A stretch of 64,000 bases of DNA, taken from contig CAZNVY010000004.1 of NCBI GenBank assembly GCA_964576605.1, forward strand, positions 2,741-66,740. The letters are read 5' to 3'. Both the position numbers and the translations under genes were made by a program. This document shows, in pieces, positions 8,145 to 18,978 of the stretch. Every line of letters begins with the position of its first letter. Position 1 is the first letter of the stretch. The notes under the pieces were generated by a model that was not told where the DNA came from, made no database searches, and saw only the letters and a list, made by a program, of their open reading frames with translations. The DNA comes from an uncultured Elstera sp. (GTDB taxonomy: Bacteria; Pseudomonadota; Alphaproteobacteria; Elsterales; Elsteraceae).

Positions 8145-10298
8145 ATGGCCGATTTGCTGCTCGAACTATTCTCCGAAGAAATCCCCGCCCGAATGCAGGC
8201 GCGCGCGGCGGAGGAGTTGAAAGACCGTCTGACGGCGGCTTTGACTGATGCGGGCCTCGCCCCCGCTAGCGTCACCGCCTGGGTCACGCCGCGCCGGGTG
8301 GCCTTCCACGTCACCGGCCTGCCGACCGCCCAGCCAGACCGGACCGAAGAGCGCAAAGGCCCGCGCGCCGATGCGCCGGATGGGGCGATCCAGGGCTTCC
8401 TCAAATCGACCGGCCTGACCCGCGACCAGCTTGAAACCCGCGAGACCGATAAGGGCGCGGTGCTCTTCGCCGTCACCCATATTCAGGGCCGCGCCACGCG
8501 CGAGGTTCTGCCGGAGCTGATTTGCGGCCTGATCCTCGGCTATACGTGGCCCAAATCGATGCGCTGGCGCGACACGCGCCTGGCCTGGGTGCGCCCGCTG
8601 CGCTCGATCCTGGCACTGTTCGACGGGCAGGGGCTGCCGGGCGGTCTGCACCTGGGCCGGAATGTCGAGGGCGGCGAGCAGCCGGGCTATCGCGCCGCCG
8701 GGGCGGCGGACGATCTCAACTATCTGCCGTTCGGCACCACGACCTATGGTCATCGCTTCCTCGCCCCCGCTTCTATCTCGGTCGCCGATGCCGCCGAGTA
8801 TCAGGCGAAGCTGCGGGCGGCCTTTGTGCTGCTCGACCGCGAAGAGCGTAAGCGCCTGATCCTGGCCGAAGCGGAAAAACTGGCCGCATCGGTCGGCTGC
8901 CGCCTGAAACCCGATGCCGGATTGCTCGAAGAAGTGGCGGGCCTTGTTGAATGGCCGGTGCCGCTGCTCGGACGTATTGACGATGCCTTTATGGATGTGC
9001 CCGCCGAGGTGCTGACGACCTCGATGCGCGAGCATCAGAAGTATTTTGCCTTGACGCCCAAGGATGCGGCGGACGGCGATACGCGCATCGCCGCCTATTT
9101 CATCACCGTTGCCAATATGGTTGCCGCCGATGGCGGCGCGGCCATCATTTCCGGCAATCAGCGCGTGCTGCGCGCCCGCCTATCGGACGCCCGCTTTTTC
9201 TGGGATCAGGACCGCAAGGTGCGGCTGGAAGCCTGGGCGGAAAAGCTGCAAAGCCGGGTGTTCCACGCCAAGCTCGGCACGGTTTCGGCGCGGGTGGATC
9301 GTCTCGCCGTGCTGGCGCTGGCGCTCGCGGGGCAGACCGGGGCCGATGGCACCTTGGCGGAACGGGCCGCGCGTCTCGCTAAGGCCGATCTTTCAACCGG
9401 CATGGTCGGGGAATTTCCCGAATTGCAAGGCGTGATCGGGCGCTACTACGCCCGCTATCAGAAGGAAGACGCGGCGGTGGCCCAGGCGATCGCCGACCAT
9501 TACGCGCCGCTCGGCCCGTCCGACCGGGTGCCCACCGCGCCGGTATCCCGCGTCGTCGCGCTCGCCGATAAGCTCGACCTGCTCGCCGGATTCTTCGCGA
9601 TTGACGAAAAACCGACTGGCTCGAAAGATCCGTTTGCCCTGCGCCGTGCCGCCCTCGGCGTGCTGCGCATCATTACCGAAAACGGTCTGCGCCTGCCGCT
9701 GCGCCCGGTGCTGGAGGCGGCCGTCTCGCTCTATGCGCCGCGGGTCGACAAACTCGACAAGGCCGCGACGGTCGATGCGCTGCTAGCCTTCTTGGCTGAC
9801 CGCCTGAAAGTTGCTCTGCGCGATCAGGGCCAGCGCCATGATCTCATCCAGGCGGTGTTCGCCCTCGGCACGGAAGACGATGTGGTGCGCCTGCTCGCCC
9901 GCGTCACCGCACTCAGCGATTTCATCGCGACGCCGGTCGGGGCTGATATGTTGGCCGCCTATCGCCGCGCCGCGAATATCCTGAAAATCGAAGAAAAGAA
10001 GGACGGGCACCCTGCCCAGGCGACCGTCTCGATGCCTCTGCTCGCCCAAGCAGAGGAAAAAGCCTTGGCCGAAGCGCTTTCGACGGCATTGCCCGCCGTC
10101 GAAGCCGCTCTGGCGCAAGAGCAGTTCGTCGACGCCATGACCCGGCTCGGCGCGCTGCGCGATCCCGTCGATGCGTTCTTCACGCATGTGACGGTGAATG
10201 CCGATGACGCGGCCCTGCGCGCCAATCGTTTGGCGTTGCTGGCCCAAATTCGGCAGGCCTGTTCGGCAATTGCCGACTTTGGTCTGATTGAAGGCTAG
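8145..10298 (+). CDS. glyS: Glycine-tRNA ligase beta subunit
   Basis: [46 protein letters not shown]. Confidence 0.97.
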   Translation: MADLLLELFSEEIPARMQARAAEELKDRLTAALTDAGLAPASVTAWVTPRRVAFHVTGLPTAQPDRTEERKGPRADAPDGAIQGFLKSTGLTRDQLETRETDKGAVLFAVTHIQGRATREVLPELICGLILGYTWPKSMRWRDTRLAWVRPLRSILALFDGQGLPGGLHLGRNVEGGEQPGYRAAGAADDLNYLPFGTTTYGHRFLAPASISVADAAEYQAKLRAAFVLLDREERKRLILAEAEKLAASVGCRLKPDAGLLEEVAGLVEWPVPLLGRIDDAFMDVPAEVLTTSMREHQKYFALTPKDAADGDTRIAAYFITVANMVAADGGAAIISGNQRVLRARLSDARFFWDQDRKVRLEAWAEKLQSRVFHAKLGTVSARVDRLAVLALALAGQTGADGTLAERAARLAKADLSTGMVGEFPELQGVIGRYYARYQKEDAAVAQAIADHYAPLGPSDRVPTAPVSRVVALADKLDLLAGFFAIDEKPTGSKDPFALRRAALGVLRIITENGLRLPLRPVLEAAVSLYAPRVDKLDKAATVDALLAFLADRLKVALRDQGQRHDLIQAVFALGTEDDVVRLLARVTALSDFIATPVGADMLAAYRRAANILKIEEKKDGHPAQATVSMPLLAQAEEKALAEALSTALPAVEAALAQEQFVDAMTRLGALRDPVDAFFTHVTVNADDAALRANRLALLAQIRQACSAIADFGLIEG

Positions 10299-10356
10299 GG
10301 GTTCGGCGGTTAAGGAACCCGAAGGAACTGCTTTTCACCGGGGTAAGGGGATTAAG

Positions 10357-13047
10357 ATGGCTGACGCAACGAAGTGGGTTTACAGCTTCGGCGACGGAAA
10401 GTCGGAAGGGAATGCCGGGATGCGGAACTTGCTCGGCGGTAAGGGCGCGAACCTTGCCGAAATGAGCAACCTCGGCCTGCCGGTGCCGCCCGGCTTCACC
10501 GTGACCACGGAAGTCTGCACCTATTACTACGCCAATGGCCGTCAGTATCCCGCCGAGTTGCGCGCCCAGGTGGCGGCGGCGCTCGGCGATGTCGAGGCCA
10601 TTGTCGGCAAGAAATTCGGCGATCCTGCCAATCCGCTGCTCGTCTCCGTTCGCTCCGGTGCCCGCGCCTCGATGCCGGGGATGATGGATACGGTGCTGAA
10701 CCTCGGCCTGAACGACATCACTGTGGAAGGGCTGGCCCGGCTCTCCGGCGATGCGCGCTTTGCCTACGACAGCTACCGCCGTTTTATCCAGATGTACTCG
10801 AACGTCGTGCTCGACATCGATCATCACCACTTCGAGGAGATTCTTGATCGGCATAAGGACGAAAAGGGCCATAGCCTCGATACCGACCTGACCGCCGACG
10901 ATTGGAAGGCGGTTGTTGCCGACTATAAGGCCGAAGTTATGCACGCCCTGGGGCGGGAGTTTCCGCAAGACCCGCAGGAACAGCTGTGGGGTGCGGTCGG
11001 GGCCGTGTTTGCAAGCTGGATGAACCAGCGCGCCATTGTTTACCGCCGCCTGCACGAAATCCCGGAAAGCTGGGGCACGGCGGTCAACGTCCAGGCGATG
11101 GTCTTCGGCAATATGGGCCAGGATTGCGCGACGGGCGTTGCCTTCACCCGCGACCCCTCGACCGGCGAAAATGTTTTCTACGGTGAATATCTGATCAACG
11201 CCCAGGGCGAAGACGTGGTGGCGGGTATCCGTACGCCGCAGCAGATCACCATTCAGGGCAAGCTCGCCAACCATTCGACGCTGCCCGCGATGGAAGAATC
11301 CATGCCCGGCGTGTTTGCCGAGCTGGCGGCGGTGCGCGACAAGTTGGAAAAGCATTTCCGCGACGTGCAGGACATCGAGTTCACCGTGCAGTCGGGCAAG
11401 CTCTACATGCTGCAAACCCGCAGCGGGAAGCGCACGGCGCAGGCGGCGCTGAAGATCGCCGTCGATATGGCGAATGAAGGGCTGATTACCCAGGAGGAAG
11501 CCATCCAGCGCGTCGAGCCGCGCAGCCTCGATCAGCTTCTGCACCCGCGCCTCGACCCCAATGCGCCGCGCACTCTGCTGTCGCGCGGGCTGCCGGCGTC
11601 GCCGGGGGCCGCGGCGGGGAAAGTTGTTTTCTCGGCGGATGCGGCCGAAGACCTCGCCTCGAAGGGGGAAACGGTGATCCTGGTGCGGATCGAAACCAGC
11701 CCGGAAGATATTCATGGGATGCCCGCGGCCAGGGGCATCCTGACGACGCGCGGCGGTATGACCAGCCATGCGGCGGTGGTGGCCCGCGGCATGGGCCGTC
11801 CCTGCGTCGCGGGGGCGGGGGATATTCGCGTCGATTATGCGGCGGGGACCCTGTCGGTGCGCGGCACGACGGTGAAGGCGGGCGAGTTCATCACGCTGGA
11901 CGGTAGCACCGGCGAAGTCTTCGTCGGTCAGGTACCGACCCTGCAGCCGGAACTGTCGGGCAGCTTTGCTACGCTGATGGGCTGGGCGGACGCCAAGCGC
12001 ACGCTGAAAGTCCGGACCAATGCTGAAACCCCGCTGGATGCCCGCACCGCGCGGCAGTTCGGCGCGGAAGGCATCGGTCTGTGCCGGACGGAGCATATGT
12101 TTTTCGACGCCGACCGCATCATCGCGGTGCGCGAAATGATTATGGCGGACGATGAAGCGGGCCGCCGGGCGGCATTGGCGAAGATCCTGCCGATGCAGCG
12201 CAGCGACTTCGTCGAGCTGTTCACCATCATGGCCGGGCTGCCGGTGACGATCCGCCTGCTCGATCCGCCGCTGCATGAGTTTCTGCCGCATTCGGAAGCT
12301 GAAATGCAGGAAGTCGCCAAGGCGGCGGGTAAGGATTTGGCTTTCGTTAAGGCGCGCGGGGCGGCGCTGCACGAATCGAACCCGATGCTCGGCCATCGCG
12401 GCTGCCGCTTGGGCGTGACCTACCCTGAAATCTACGAAATGCAGGCGCGGGCGATTTTTGAGGCAGTGGTCGCGGTGCAGAAGGACAGCGGTGCGACGGT
12501 GGAGCCGGAAATTATGATCCCGCTGGTCGCGACCCGGAAGGAGCTTGATCTGCTGAAAGCGGTGATCGACCGGGTGGCGGGCGAAGTTTCGGCGGCTTCC
12601 GGCGTCACCCTTACCTACCTCGTCGGCACGATGATTGAACTGCCGCGCGCGGCGCTGCAAGCCGGGAAGATCGCCGAAACGGCGGAATTCTTCAGCTTCG
12701 GCACCAACGATCTGACCCAGACCACCTTCGGCCTGTCGCGCGACGATGCGGGGAACTTCCTGCAGTCCTACCTGCGCCAAGGCATTCTGGAGGAAGACCC
12801 CTTCGTCTCCCTCGATCAGGACGGCGTGGGCGAGTTGGTGCAGATCGCCGCCGACCGTGGGCGCAAAACGCGCGGCGATTTGAAGCTCGGTATCTGCGGC
12901 GAACATGGCGGCGATCCGGCCTCGATCGCCTTCTGTCAAAAGGTTGGCCTAAACTATGTGTCCTGCTCGCCGTACCGGGTGCCGATTGCCCGATTGGCAG
13001 CAGCGCAGGCGGCTTTGGCGGTCAGCTTTAATAAAGATAATCTCTAG
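10357..13047 (+). CDS. ppdK: Pyruvate phosphate dikinase
   Basis: [12 protein letters not shown], phospho-His motif [33 protein letters not shown]. Confidence 0.98.
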   Translation: MADATKWVYSFGDGKSEGNAGMRNLLGGKGANLAEMSNLGLPVPPGFTVTTEVCTYYYANGRQYPAELRAQVAAALGDVEAIVGKKFGDPANPLLVSVRSGARASMPGMMDTVLNLGLNDITVEGLARLSGDARFAYDSYRRFIQMYSNVVLDIDHHHFEEILDRHKDEKGHSLDTDLTADDWKAVVADYKAEVMHALGREFPQDPQEQLWGAVGAVFASWMNQRAIVYRRLHEIPESWGTAVNVQAMVFGNMGQDCATGVAFTRDPSTGENVFYGEYLINAQGEDVVAGIRTPQQITIQGKLANHSTLPAMEESMPGVFAELAAVRDKLEKHFRDVQDIEFTVQSGKLYMLQTRSGKRTAQAALKIAVDMANEGLITQEEAIQRVEPRSLDQLLHPRLDPNAPRTLLSRGLPASPGAAAGKVVFSADAAEDLASKGETVILVRIETSPEDIHGMPAARGILTTRGGMTSHAAVVARGMGRPCVAGAGDIRVDYAAGTLSVRGTTVKAGEFITLDGSTGEVFVGQVPTLQPELSGSFATLMGWADAKRTLKVRTNAETPLDARTARQFGAEGIGLCRTEHMFFDADRIIAVREMIMADDEAGRRAALAKILPMQRSDFVELFTIMAGLPVTIRLLDPPLHEFLPHSEAEMQEVAKAAGKDLAFVKARGAALHESNPMLGHRGCRLGVTYPEIYEMQARAIFEAVVAVQKDSGATVEPEIMIPLVATRKELDLLKAVIDRVAGEVSAASGVTLTYLVGTMIELPRAALQAGKIAETAEFFSFGTNDLTQTTFGLSRDDAGNFLQSYLRQGILEEDPFVSLDQDGVGELVQIAADRGRKTRGDLKLGICGEHGGDPASIAFCQKVGLNYVSCSPYRVPIARLAAAQAALAVSFNKDNL

Positions 13048-13061
13048 CCGCAGATAAGGGG

Positions 13062-13094
13062 ACCGGGGGCAATGCGCGCTCCCGGTTTTATTTT
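13062..13094 (+). terminator. Rho-independent terminator after ppdK
   Basis: ACCGGGGGC / GCTCCCGGT stem followed by TTTATTTT. Confidence 0.7.
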
Positions 13095-13256
13095 GCCGAA
13101 TGTTATACTACTTAAAAGTGCTTTGTGTTATTTCTGACCCGTGGTACGTAAAAAACCAACAAAATGCTACGGGTGGGCGTTAAGTTTTTGTTATAGTCTT
13201 GCCCTTACGTTTAAGATTGACGTGTTGTCGCGCCAGAATGCGTAAAGGGGAGGCGG

Positions 13257-15392
13257 ATGAAGACCAGCAGTGCCAGCCGCATTCTTCTGATGCGCGCAGG
13301 AATCGTGCTGGGCACTTTCGCCTTTATTGGCGCGGTTTTTTTGCAGGCGTCGGTTAATATCCGCAGCAATGAGGAAACCGCGCAATTTGCCGCCGCCCGC
13401 GCCGCAGAAATGACCTCGCTCTCGCTGCGCTCGCTGGTCGATCAAACCTTTGGGCAGGTCGATCAGGCTATCCAGATGCTGACCCCGCATGTGGCAATCA
13501 CGGATAGTCTTTTTCACGCGAGCCACGATTTGAATGCCCGCATGGCGGCGCTGGTGGGCACCCTTGAGGCGGTCAGTGGGGCGGTAATCGTCTCGGCGGA
13601 AGGGCTTATCCTTGGCCGTTGGGGCGAGGATATCGAAGACCCTTTGACCGTCGATCTATACCGAATGCCACGCAAAGGGTCGGGGTTCGAGATCGAGACG
13701 ATTGGCGATATGGCCCGGCCGGGCCGGGTTATCCTGGGGCGATGGGTGCAGTCGGATGTTAGCGGCGCGCAGGCCGTGGTCCTGGTTACAATTGATTTGA
13801 AGCGCCTGCTACCGCCAGAATTGGCCGAACAATTGGGGCAAGAAGGGCGGCTGGCGCTTCTGAATCCCGACGGCACGGTTGCCGCCGTGCTCAAGCCGGG
13901 ACGGCCGCCGCTTGCGACCGGAAAGCCGGTTCTGTTGGCCGATCCGGCGGTCTCCAAATCCTCGGCGGTTGCAGGGCCGATTCCTAATGCCACGCTGTCC
14001 GGTGTGTTTTTGGGAGAAGAAATCGTTTGGCGTTTACCGTTGCGCACCACGAACCTTGATCTGCTGCTGAGTTTTCGTCCGGCAGAAGCGCTGGCCGATG
14101 TGCGGGAAAGCGCCCGCAGTGCCTGGGTGGCCGCCTATGCTGCGGCGCTTGTGGTTTTTGTCCTGGGGCTGGCGCTGCTGGTGCAGCTAACCCGTATGGA
14201 ACGCAACCGGCAGCGGATGGATGCGCAGGATGCGGCCCTACGCGCGAGCAACACCAAACTGGAAGCGGCGCTTGCCCATATGAATCAAGGCATCGTGATG
14301 TTCGATGCCGACGGGCGGATCCTGCTCTATAATCGCCGCTATTTGGATATTTTCGGGTATGATCCGGGGCGATCCTACCTCAATCTTACCCTGTCCGACC
14401 TCTATGCTATGGCCGAACAAATGGGCCGCCTGGGGCCAATGGTGGATGCGGAGCATATTCAGACCCGGTTGGATAGTCTGGAGCGGGGGCAGCGGTTACA
14501 GTTCATTCGGCAATTGTCCAACGGTACCTATGTGGAGTGCCGTCACGAGCCGTTGGACAATGGTTGGTCACTCTCGACCTATACGGATGTTAGTGATTTA
14601 ATCCGGACCGCCAATGCTTTCGCCAAGGCGAAAGATGAGGCCGAGCAAGCCAATCGGGCGAAATCGGTCTTCCTTGCGAATATGAGCCACGAACTGCGCA
14701 CACCCTTGAATGCCATTCTGGGGTTTTCCGACGCGTTGATCGGCGGGTATTTCGGCCCGGTGGTACCCAAACATCTCGAATATCTGCAAGCAATCCAAAC
14801 CTCTGGACAATATTTGCTGGAACTGATCGCCGATATTCTTGATATCGCTAAAATTGAAGCAGGCCGCTATGAGTTGCAACCGGCCTGGCTGCCAGTGGAC
14901 GGGCCGGTGCAGGATGCGCTGGCGCTGCTGGCTCCCAGGGCCGAAAAAGCCCGGATTGATCTGGTGGCGCGCATTCCGGAAGGACTGTCGATCTATGCCG
15001 ACGAACGTGCCCTGCGGCAGATTCTGCTTAACCTTCTCTCCAATGCGGTGAAATTTACCCGGCCAGAGGAAGGGGCGCGCGGAACCGTGTCGGTTAAAGC
15101 GGTGCAGGCGGCGGATGGCTCTGGCGTTACCCTGACCGTCCGCGACAATGGCATCGGCATTCCGCCGGAAATGCAGGAAGCAATCCTGCAACCCTTTGTG
15201 CAGGTCGAGGCGGCGCAACTCACCGCAGAAGGTGGGACCGGCCTTGGCCTGTCCATCGTGCGCGGCCTGTTGGAAGGCCACGGCGGCACACTCACCCTGG
15301 AAAGCGAAGTCGGGGCCGGGACGGTGGTGCGCGCCTGGTTCCCAACGCCCCGTTCCCCACTGTCCGATCCTGTGAAAACATCCTTGGCTTGA
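13257..15392 (+). CDS. Membrane PAS-domain sensor histidine kinase (PleC/DivJ/PdhS-like core)
   Basis: Two TM segments around a periplasmic domain; PAS (QGIVMFDADGRILLYNRRY); H-box FLANMSHELRTPLNAILGFS; N, G1 and G2 boxes. Confidence 0.9.
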   Translation: MKTSSASRILLMRAGIVLGTFAFIGAVFLQASVNIRSNEETAQFAAARAAEMTSLSLRSLVDQTFGQVDQAIQMLTPHVAITDSLFHASHDLNARMAALVGTLEAVSGAVIVSAEGLILGRWGEDIEDPLTVDLYRMPRKGSGFEIETIGDMARPGRVILGRWVQSDVSGAQAVVLVTIDLKRLLPPELAEQLGQEGRLALLNPDGTVAAVLKPGRPPLATGKPVLLADPAVSKSSAVAGPIPNATLSGVFLGEEIVWRLPLRTTNLDLLLSFRPAEALADVRESARSAWVAAYAAALVVFVLGLALLVQLTRMERNRQRMDAQDAALRASNTKLEAALAHMNQGIVMFDADGRILLYNRRYLDIFGYDPGRSYLNLTLSDLYAMAEQMGRLGPMVDAEHIQTRLDSLERGQRLQFIRQLSNGTYVECRHEPLDNGWSLSTYTDVSDLIRTANAFAKAKDEAEQANRAKSVFLANMSHELRTPLNAILGFSDALIGGYFGPVVPKHLEYLQAIQTSGQYLLELIADILDIAKIEAGRYELQPAWLPVDGPVQDALALLAPRAEKARIDLVARIPEGLSIYADERALRQILLNLLSNAVKFTRPEEGARGTVSVKAVQAADGSGVTLTVRDNGIGIPPEMQEAILQPFVQVEAAQLTAEGGTGLGLSIVRGLLEGHGGTLTLESEVGAGTVVRAWFPTPRSPLSDPVKTSLA

Positions 15393-15424
15393 TCCTGCGG
15401 GAAAGCTATAGATAGCCCCGGCTT

Positions 15425-15510
15425 GCGGGCTTGGCGGAATGGTAGACGCAACGGACTTAAAATCCGTCGGGGGTTTCCCCGTGCCGGTTCGACTCCGGCC
15501 GCCCGCACCA
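15425..15510 (+). tRNA. tRNA-Leu(TAA)
   Basis: GCGGGCTTGGCGGAATGGTAGACGCA ACGGA CT TAA AA TCCGT, long variable arm, GCCGGTTCGACTCCGGC, ends ACCA. Confidence 0.95.
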
Positions 15511-15526
15511 ACTTTTTTAATTCCGA

Positions 15527-16297
15527 TCACAAGACGGCCAGGCCGACCAACCCATCATACACCAGCTTTGCCCCGGCGAGCAGCAGCAGCCAATGGCTCA
15601 GTTGATAGAAGCGTTTGCCATCCATCCGTTTGGTCAGCCAATAGCCAATCCAAATGCCCAAGGGAGCCAGGGGGGCCAGCACCAGTGCTTGACTTAGGTT
15701 GCTGGCATCGATCTGGCCGAACAAGATATACGGAGGAAGCTTTGCGAGGTTGACGAGGGCGAAATAGACGACCGTCGTGCCCGCCAGCAGCATTTTATCG
15801 ATCCGCTGGGGCAAGAGATACATCAGCAACGGCGGCCCGCCGGCATGGGCAATGTAGCTGGCAAAGCCCGATAGCCCCGACCAGAAAAGCCCCTTGGCGC
15901 GGGACGGCTGGGTTGGCAGATCGACGGTCCCTTTCACCAGAAGCGGCTTGACCCAGGCGATCAGGGTAAACAGCAGGGCATTCGCGCCAATCGCGATGCG
16001 CACGGCGTTATCGTCGAGATGATCGAAGGCAAGGATGCCAAGGCCGATGCCGATCAAGGCCCCCAGCAGTAACCCGCCCAATTGATCGCGGCTCCAACTG
16101 CGGCGGTAGGCCCAGAGGCCGAAAAGGTCCATCAGCAGCAGGATTGGCAGCATTAAACCCACGGCCTGGCCGGGCGGCAGCAGCATCGCCAGGACCGGAA
16201 CCGTGAGCGCGCCTAATCCGGATAGGCCACCCTTGCTAATGCCGGTAAGCAAAATGGCCGGGGCGGCCAGGGCGTAGAAGGTGGGATCGCTTATCAT
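15527..16297 (-). CDS. TauE/SafE (sulfite exporter) family membrane protein
   Basis: GISKGG, HAGGPP, about 8 TM segments. Confidence 0.85.
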   Translation of the reverse strand: MISDPTFYALAAPAILLTGISKGGLSGLGALTVPVLAMLLPPGQAVGLMLPILLLMDLFGLWAYRRSWSRDQLGGLLLGALIGIGLGILAFDHLDDNAVRIAIGANALLFTLIAWVKPLLVKGTVDLPTQPSRAKGLFWSGLSGFASYIAHAGGPPLLMYLLPQRIDKMLLAGTTVVYFALVNLAKLPPYILFGQIDASNLSQALVLAPLAPLGIWIGYWLTKRMDGKRFYQLSHWLLLLAGAKLVYDGLVGLAVL

Positions 16298-16305
16298 TTC
16301 CTCAC

Positions 16306-16333
16306 ACTATAGCCCTCTGCGCTAACCGTCCAA
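16306..16333 (-). promoter_or_regulatory. Putative sigma70 promoter of the tauE-like gene
   Basis: Minus strand TTGGAC-N16-TATAGT just upstream of the start. Confidence 0.5.
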
Positions 16334-16341
16334 GGCCGAAG

Positions 16342-17100
16342 TCAGGCGTGATGCAGCACTACCGGGCGACCGTGCAGGGTTTCAACCGCCATTGGATAGC
16401 CGAAAATCGCCTCTAGCCGGGATGGGGTGATAATCTCCCTCGGCGGGCCATCGGCGATCACCCTACCATCCTTTAGGGCAATGATCCGATCAGCATAGGC
16501 GGCGGCATAATTGATATCATGCAATACAATAACGATGGTGCGCCCGTCCTGGTCCGCGATCCGGCGAAGCAACTGCATCATCTGCCGCCCGTGCCGCATG
16601 TCGAGGTTATTCAGGGGTTCGTCGAGCAGCAGATAGGGCGTTCCCTGGCAGTAAGTCATTGCCACAAAAGCCCGCTGGCGCTGACCGCCGGAGAGGGTTT
16701 CCAGCAAACGGTCGGCGAGGGCGGTCAGGTCGAAGGCGTCGAGCGCGGCGGTTATCGCCGCCTCATCCGCAGGCGTTAACCGTCCCCGGCTGTGCGGAAA
16801 CCGCCCGAAGCCCACCAGATCGCGTACGGTCAGGCGGCTGGCGAGGCCGGTTTCCTGACGCAGGATCGCCAGCCGCTTCGCCAAGATCGGGCCGGGGGTG
16901 CGGTGGACGGGCAGCCCATCCACCCGGATCTCGCCCTGCTGCGCCGGCTGCAAGCGGGCGATCAGCGACAACAGCGTCGATTTTCCGGCCCCATTCGGCC
17001 CGATCAGCGCCGTAACGCCGCCCTTCGGCAGGGTTAGGCAGATGTCGCACAAGATCGGCGTATGGCCCTGCCAACTGGAAACGCCCGCGATCTCGATCAT
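16342..17100 (-). CDS. Iron-siderophore ABC transporter ATPase (FatE/CeuD/YclP type)
   Basis: Start MIEIAG at 17100 (ATGA overlap); GPNGAGKS, LSGGQRQR, LLDEPLNNLD, HDIN. Confidence 0.92.
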   Translation of the reverse strand: MIEIAGVSSWQGHTPILCDICLTLPKGGVTALIGPNGAGKSTLLSLIARLQPAQQGEIRVDGLPVHRTPGPILAKRLAILRQETGLASRLTVRDLVGFGRFPHSRGRLTPADEAAITAALDAFDLTALADRLLETLSGGQRQRAFVAMTYCQGTPYLLLDEPLNNLDMRHGRQMMQLLRRIADQDGRTIVIVLHDINYAAAYADRIIALKDGRVIADGPPREIITPSRLEAIFGYPMAVETLHGRPVVLHHA

Positions 17101-18035
17101 CGTTTCGCCCCTTGCAGCAAGAGGGCCAGGAACAGCAGCCCACCCAGAAATTCGACGATAATTCCCAGCGTACCGGCCCCGCCGAACCCATGCTGCAATA
17201 GGGTTTGCCCACCGACCAGGAATAGGATTCCGACCGCCATCGCACCGGGCAACAGCATCCCGTGCCGCTGGGTGCGCAACAGACGTTCGGCCAGCGCGAC
17301 CACCAGCAACCCCAGAAACGCCACCGGGCCGACCAAGGCGGTCGAGACCGCGACCAGCACGATAATCGCGAGCAGCACAGCGGTTAGACAGCGCGTCCAT
17401 TCCACCCCCAAGCCGGTGGCGGCGGCCCGTCCCAGGGCCATCACCCCCACCCCGCGCCGTCCCCGCCATACCAGGGCGGTTGTGCCGAAAATCAGCACGG
17501 CCCCAATGCCGATCAACTCACTGCGGGCCTGGCTGAAATTGGCGTAGCTTACGCCTTGCAGGACCATAAAATCATTCGGATCGATCAGCCGGGCCAGTAA
17601 ACTGGTCAGGCTGCGAAACAAGATCCCCAGCATCGCTCCGGTCAACAACAGCCAGTACAGGCCGCGTCGATCCCGCAACAGCGGTAGAAAGATCGCCAAG
17701 GCCGCGCCGGTCATCAGCAGCAGGGCTGCGGCGAATTTCAAGCGTGGCTCTAGTCCAGCAAAGCCAACCCCGCCCAATAGGAATAAGAGTAGGGTCAATC
17801 CCAGCCGATAGAGCGCGTCGAACCCCAGAATAGCAGGCGATAGAATTCGGTTGCCGGTGACGGTCTGCAACAGCACCGTCGAAACGGCCACCGCCACCGC
17901 CACCTGCACTAGCGCCAGCAGCCGCCAAACTCGAAGTTCTAGCACGAAGGCGATATTGCCTTTGAGACCCCAGCCGAGATACAGGCCGATCGCGGCCAGG
18001 GCCAGGGCGACCAATCCCGCCAAGCGCTTATCCAT
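17097..18035 (-). CDS. Iron-siderophore ABC permease (FatC/CeuC type)
   Basis: QTVTGNRILSPAILGFD, STALVGPVAFLGL. Confidence 0.9.
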   Translation of the reverse strand: MDKRLAGLVALALAAIGLYLGWGLKGNIAFVLELRVWRLLALVQVAVAVAVSTVLLQTVTGNRILSPAILGFDALYRLGLTLLLFLLGGVGFAGLEPRLKFAAALLLMTGAALAIFLPLLRDRRGLYWLLLTGAMLGILFRSLTSLLARLIDPNDFMVLQGVSYANFSQARSELIGIGAVLIFGTTALVWRGRRGVGVMALGRAAATGLGVEWTRCLTAVLLAIIVLVAVSTALVGPVAFLGLLVVALAERLLRTQRHGMLLPGAMAVGILFLVGGQTLLQHGFGGAGTLGIIVEFLGGLLFLALLLQGAKR

Positions 18036-18978
18036 GGGGCCGCCGCCCTAACAGCAGCCCTAGAAAGGCCAGCGAGCCGAGCACCCCTAGGATGGTTCCG
18101 ACCGGAATCTCGTAAGGGGCGCGCAGCACCCGGCCCAGAAGATCGGCCGCGAGGCAGAGGGTTGCCCCGGACACGGCCACCCAGGGCAGGCTGCGCCGCA
18201 AATGATCGCCCCATAGGCGGGTGACGAGGTTTGGAACGATTAGGCCAATAAAGGGGATCATCCCCACCGTGGCCACGGTCAAGGCCGAAAGGATCGCAAC
18301 CAACAGCAACCCCAGGCGCACCAACGCGGCATAATCGAGTCCGAGACCGAGGCTCATCTCCTTCCCCAGGGCGGCAATAGTCAGCGCGTCGGCGAACCAC
18401 CATGTGATGGCGACCAGCACTGCGGCCCCCCACAGAATTTCGTAGCGCCCGCGCAGAATGCCGGAAAAATCGCCATTCACCCAGGTTTCGACATATTGCA
18501 GCAGGTCGGTCTGCCAAGCGACGAAAGTAACCGCCGCGCCGATGACCCCGCCATAGACCAGACCGAAAAGCGGCAGCAGAAAAGGTTCGGTCGGCGGCAA
18601 GCGGCGAATGGCGGACAGAAACCCCGCCGTGCCCATCAGCGCAGCGAGGCTGGCGATGGCCATTTTCCCAGCGACGGGCGCGGCGGGCCAGAGCAGCGTG
18701 ACCAGCAGAATGCCGAGCATGGCACTGGGTTCGGTCCCCGCGAGGGTGGGATCGACAAAGCGGTTACGCGCCAAAGTTTGCATCACCAGCCCGGCGATCC
18801 CCAGGCCCGCGCCGGTTAGAATGACCGCCAGGGTGCGGGGCAGGCGGCTAATCCACAGCATGTCCCCATCGGCAGTATCGGCAACGCCGGTCATTAGGCT
18901 AAGAAGCGCTAATCCGCCGAACAGCAGCAGTACCCCAGCGGCGGCGTGGGGCGCTGATCGCAGGGTTGAAACCTTCAT
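18028..18978 (-). CDS. Iron-siderophore ABC permease (FatD/CeuB type)
   Basis: SRLPRT, MQTLARNRFVDP, GDFSGILRGRYE, PYEIPVG. Confidence 0.9.
   Translation of the reverse strand: MKVSTLRSAPHAAAGVLLLFGGLALLSLMTGVADTADGDMLWISRLPRTLAVILTGAGLGIAGLVMQTLARNRFVDPTLAGTEPSAMLGILLVTLLWPAAPVAGKMAIASLAALMGTAGFLSAIRRLPPTEPFLLPLFGLVYGGVIGAAVTFVAWQTDLLQYVETWVNGDFSGILRGRYEILWGAAVLVAITWWFADALTIAALGKEMSLGLGLDYAALVRLGLLLVAILSALTVATVGMIPFIGLIVPNLVTRLWGDHLRRSLPWVAVSGATLCLAADLLGRVLRAPYEIPVGTILGVLGSLAFLGLLLGRRPHG

Noticed and set aside
7327..9035. Long antisense ORFs over glyQ/glyS, and similar ones at 14598, 28348, 39327 and 40323
   Set aside because: They overlap well-supported genes and are expected at this GC content.
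10180..12939. 919-aa antisense ORF over ppdK
   Set aside because: In-register shadow of a GC-biased gene; no recognisable motifs.
15527..16297. TauE-like gene as part of the siderophore operon (for example a sulfonated product)
   Set aside because: It has its own promoter-like element (16306-16333) and no sulfotransferase gene is present.
17101..17469. N-terminal extension of the ABC ATPase, and similar extensions of uxaA, fucU, ligA, res, pobR, fecR and ligR in the ORF track
   Set aside because: The extensions overlap neighbouring genes or promoters; internal starts with an RBS or stop/start overlap fit family lengths.
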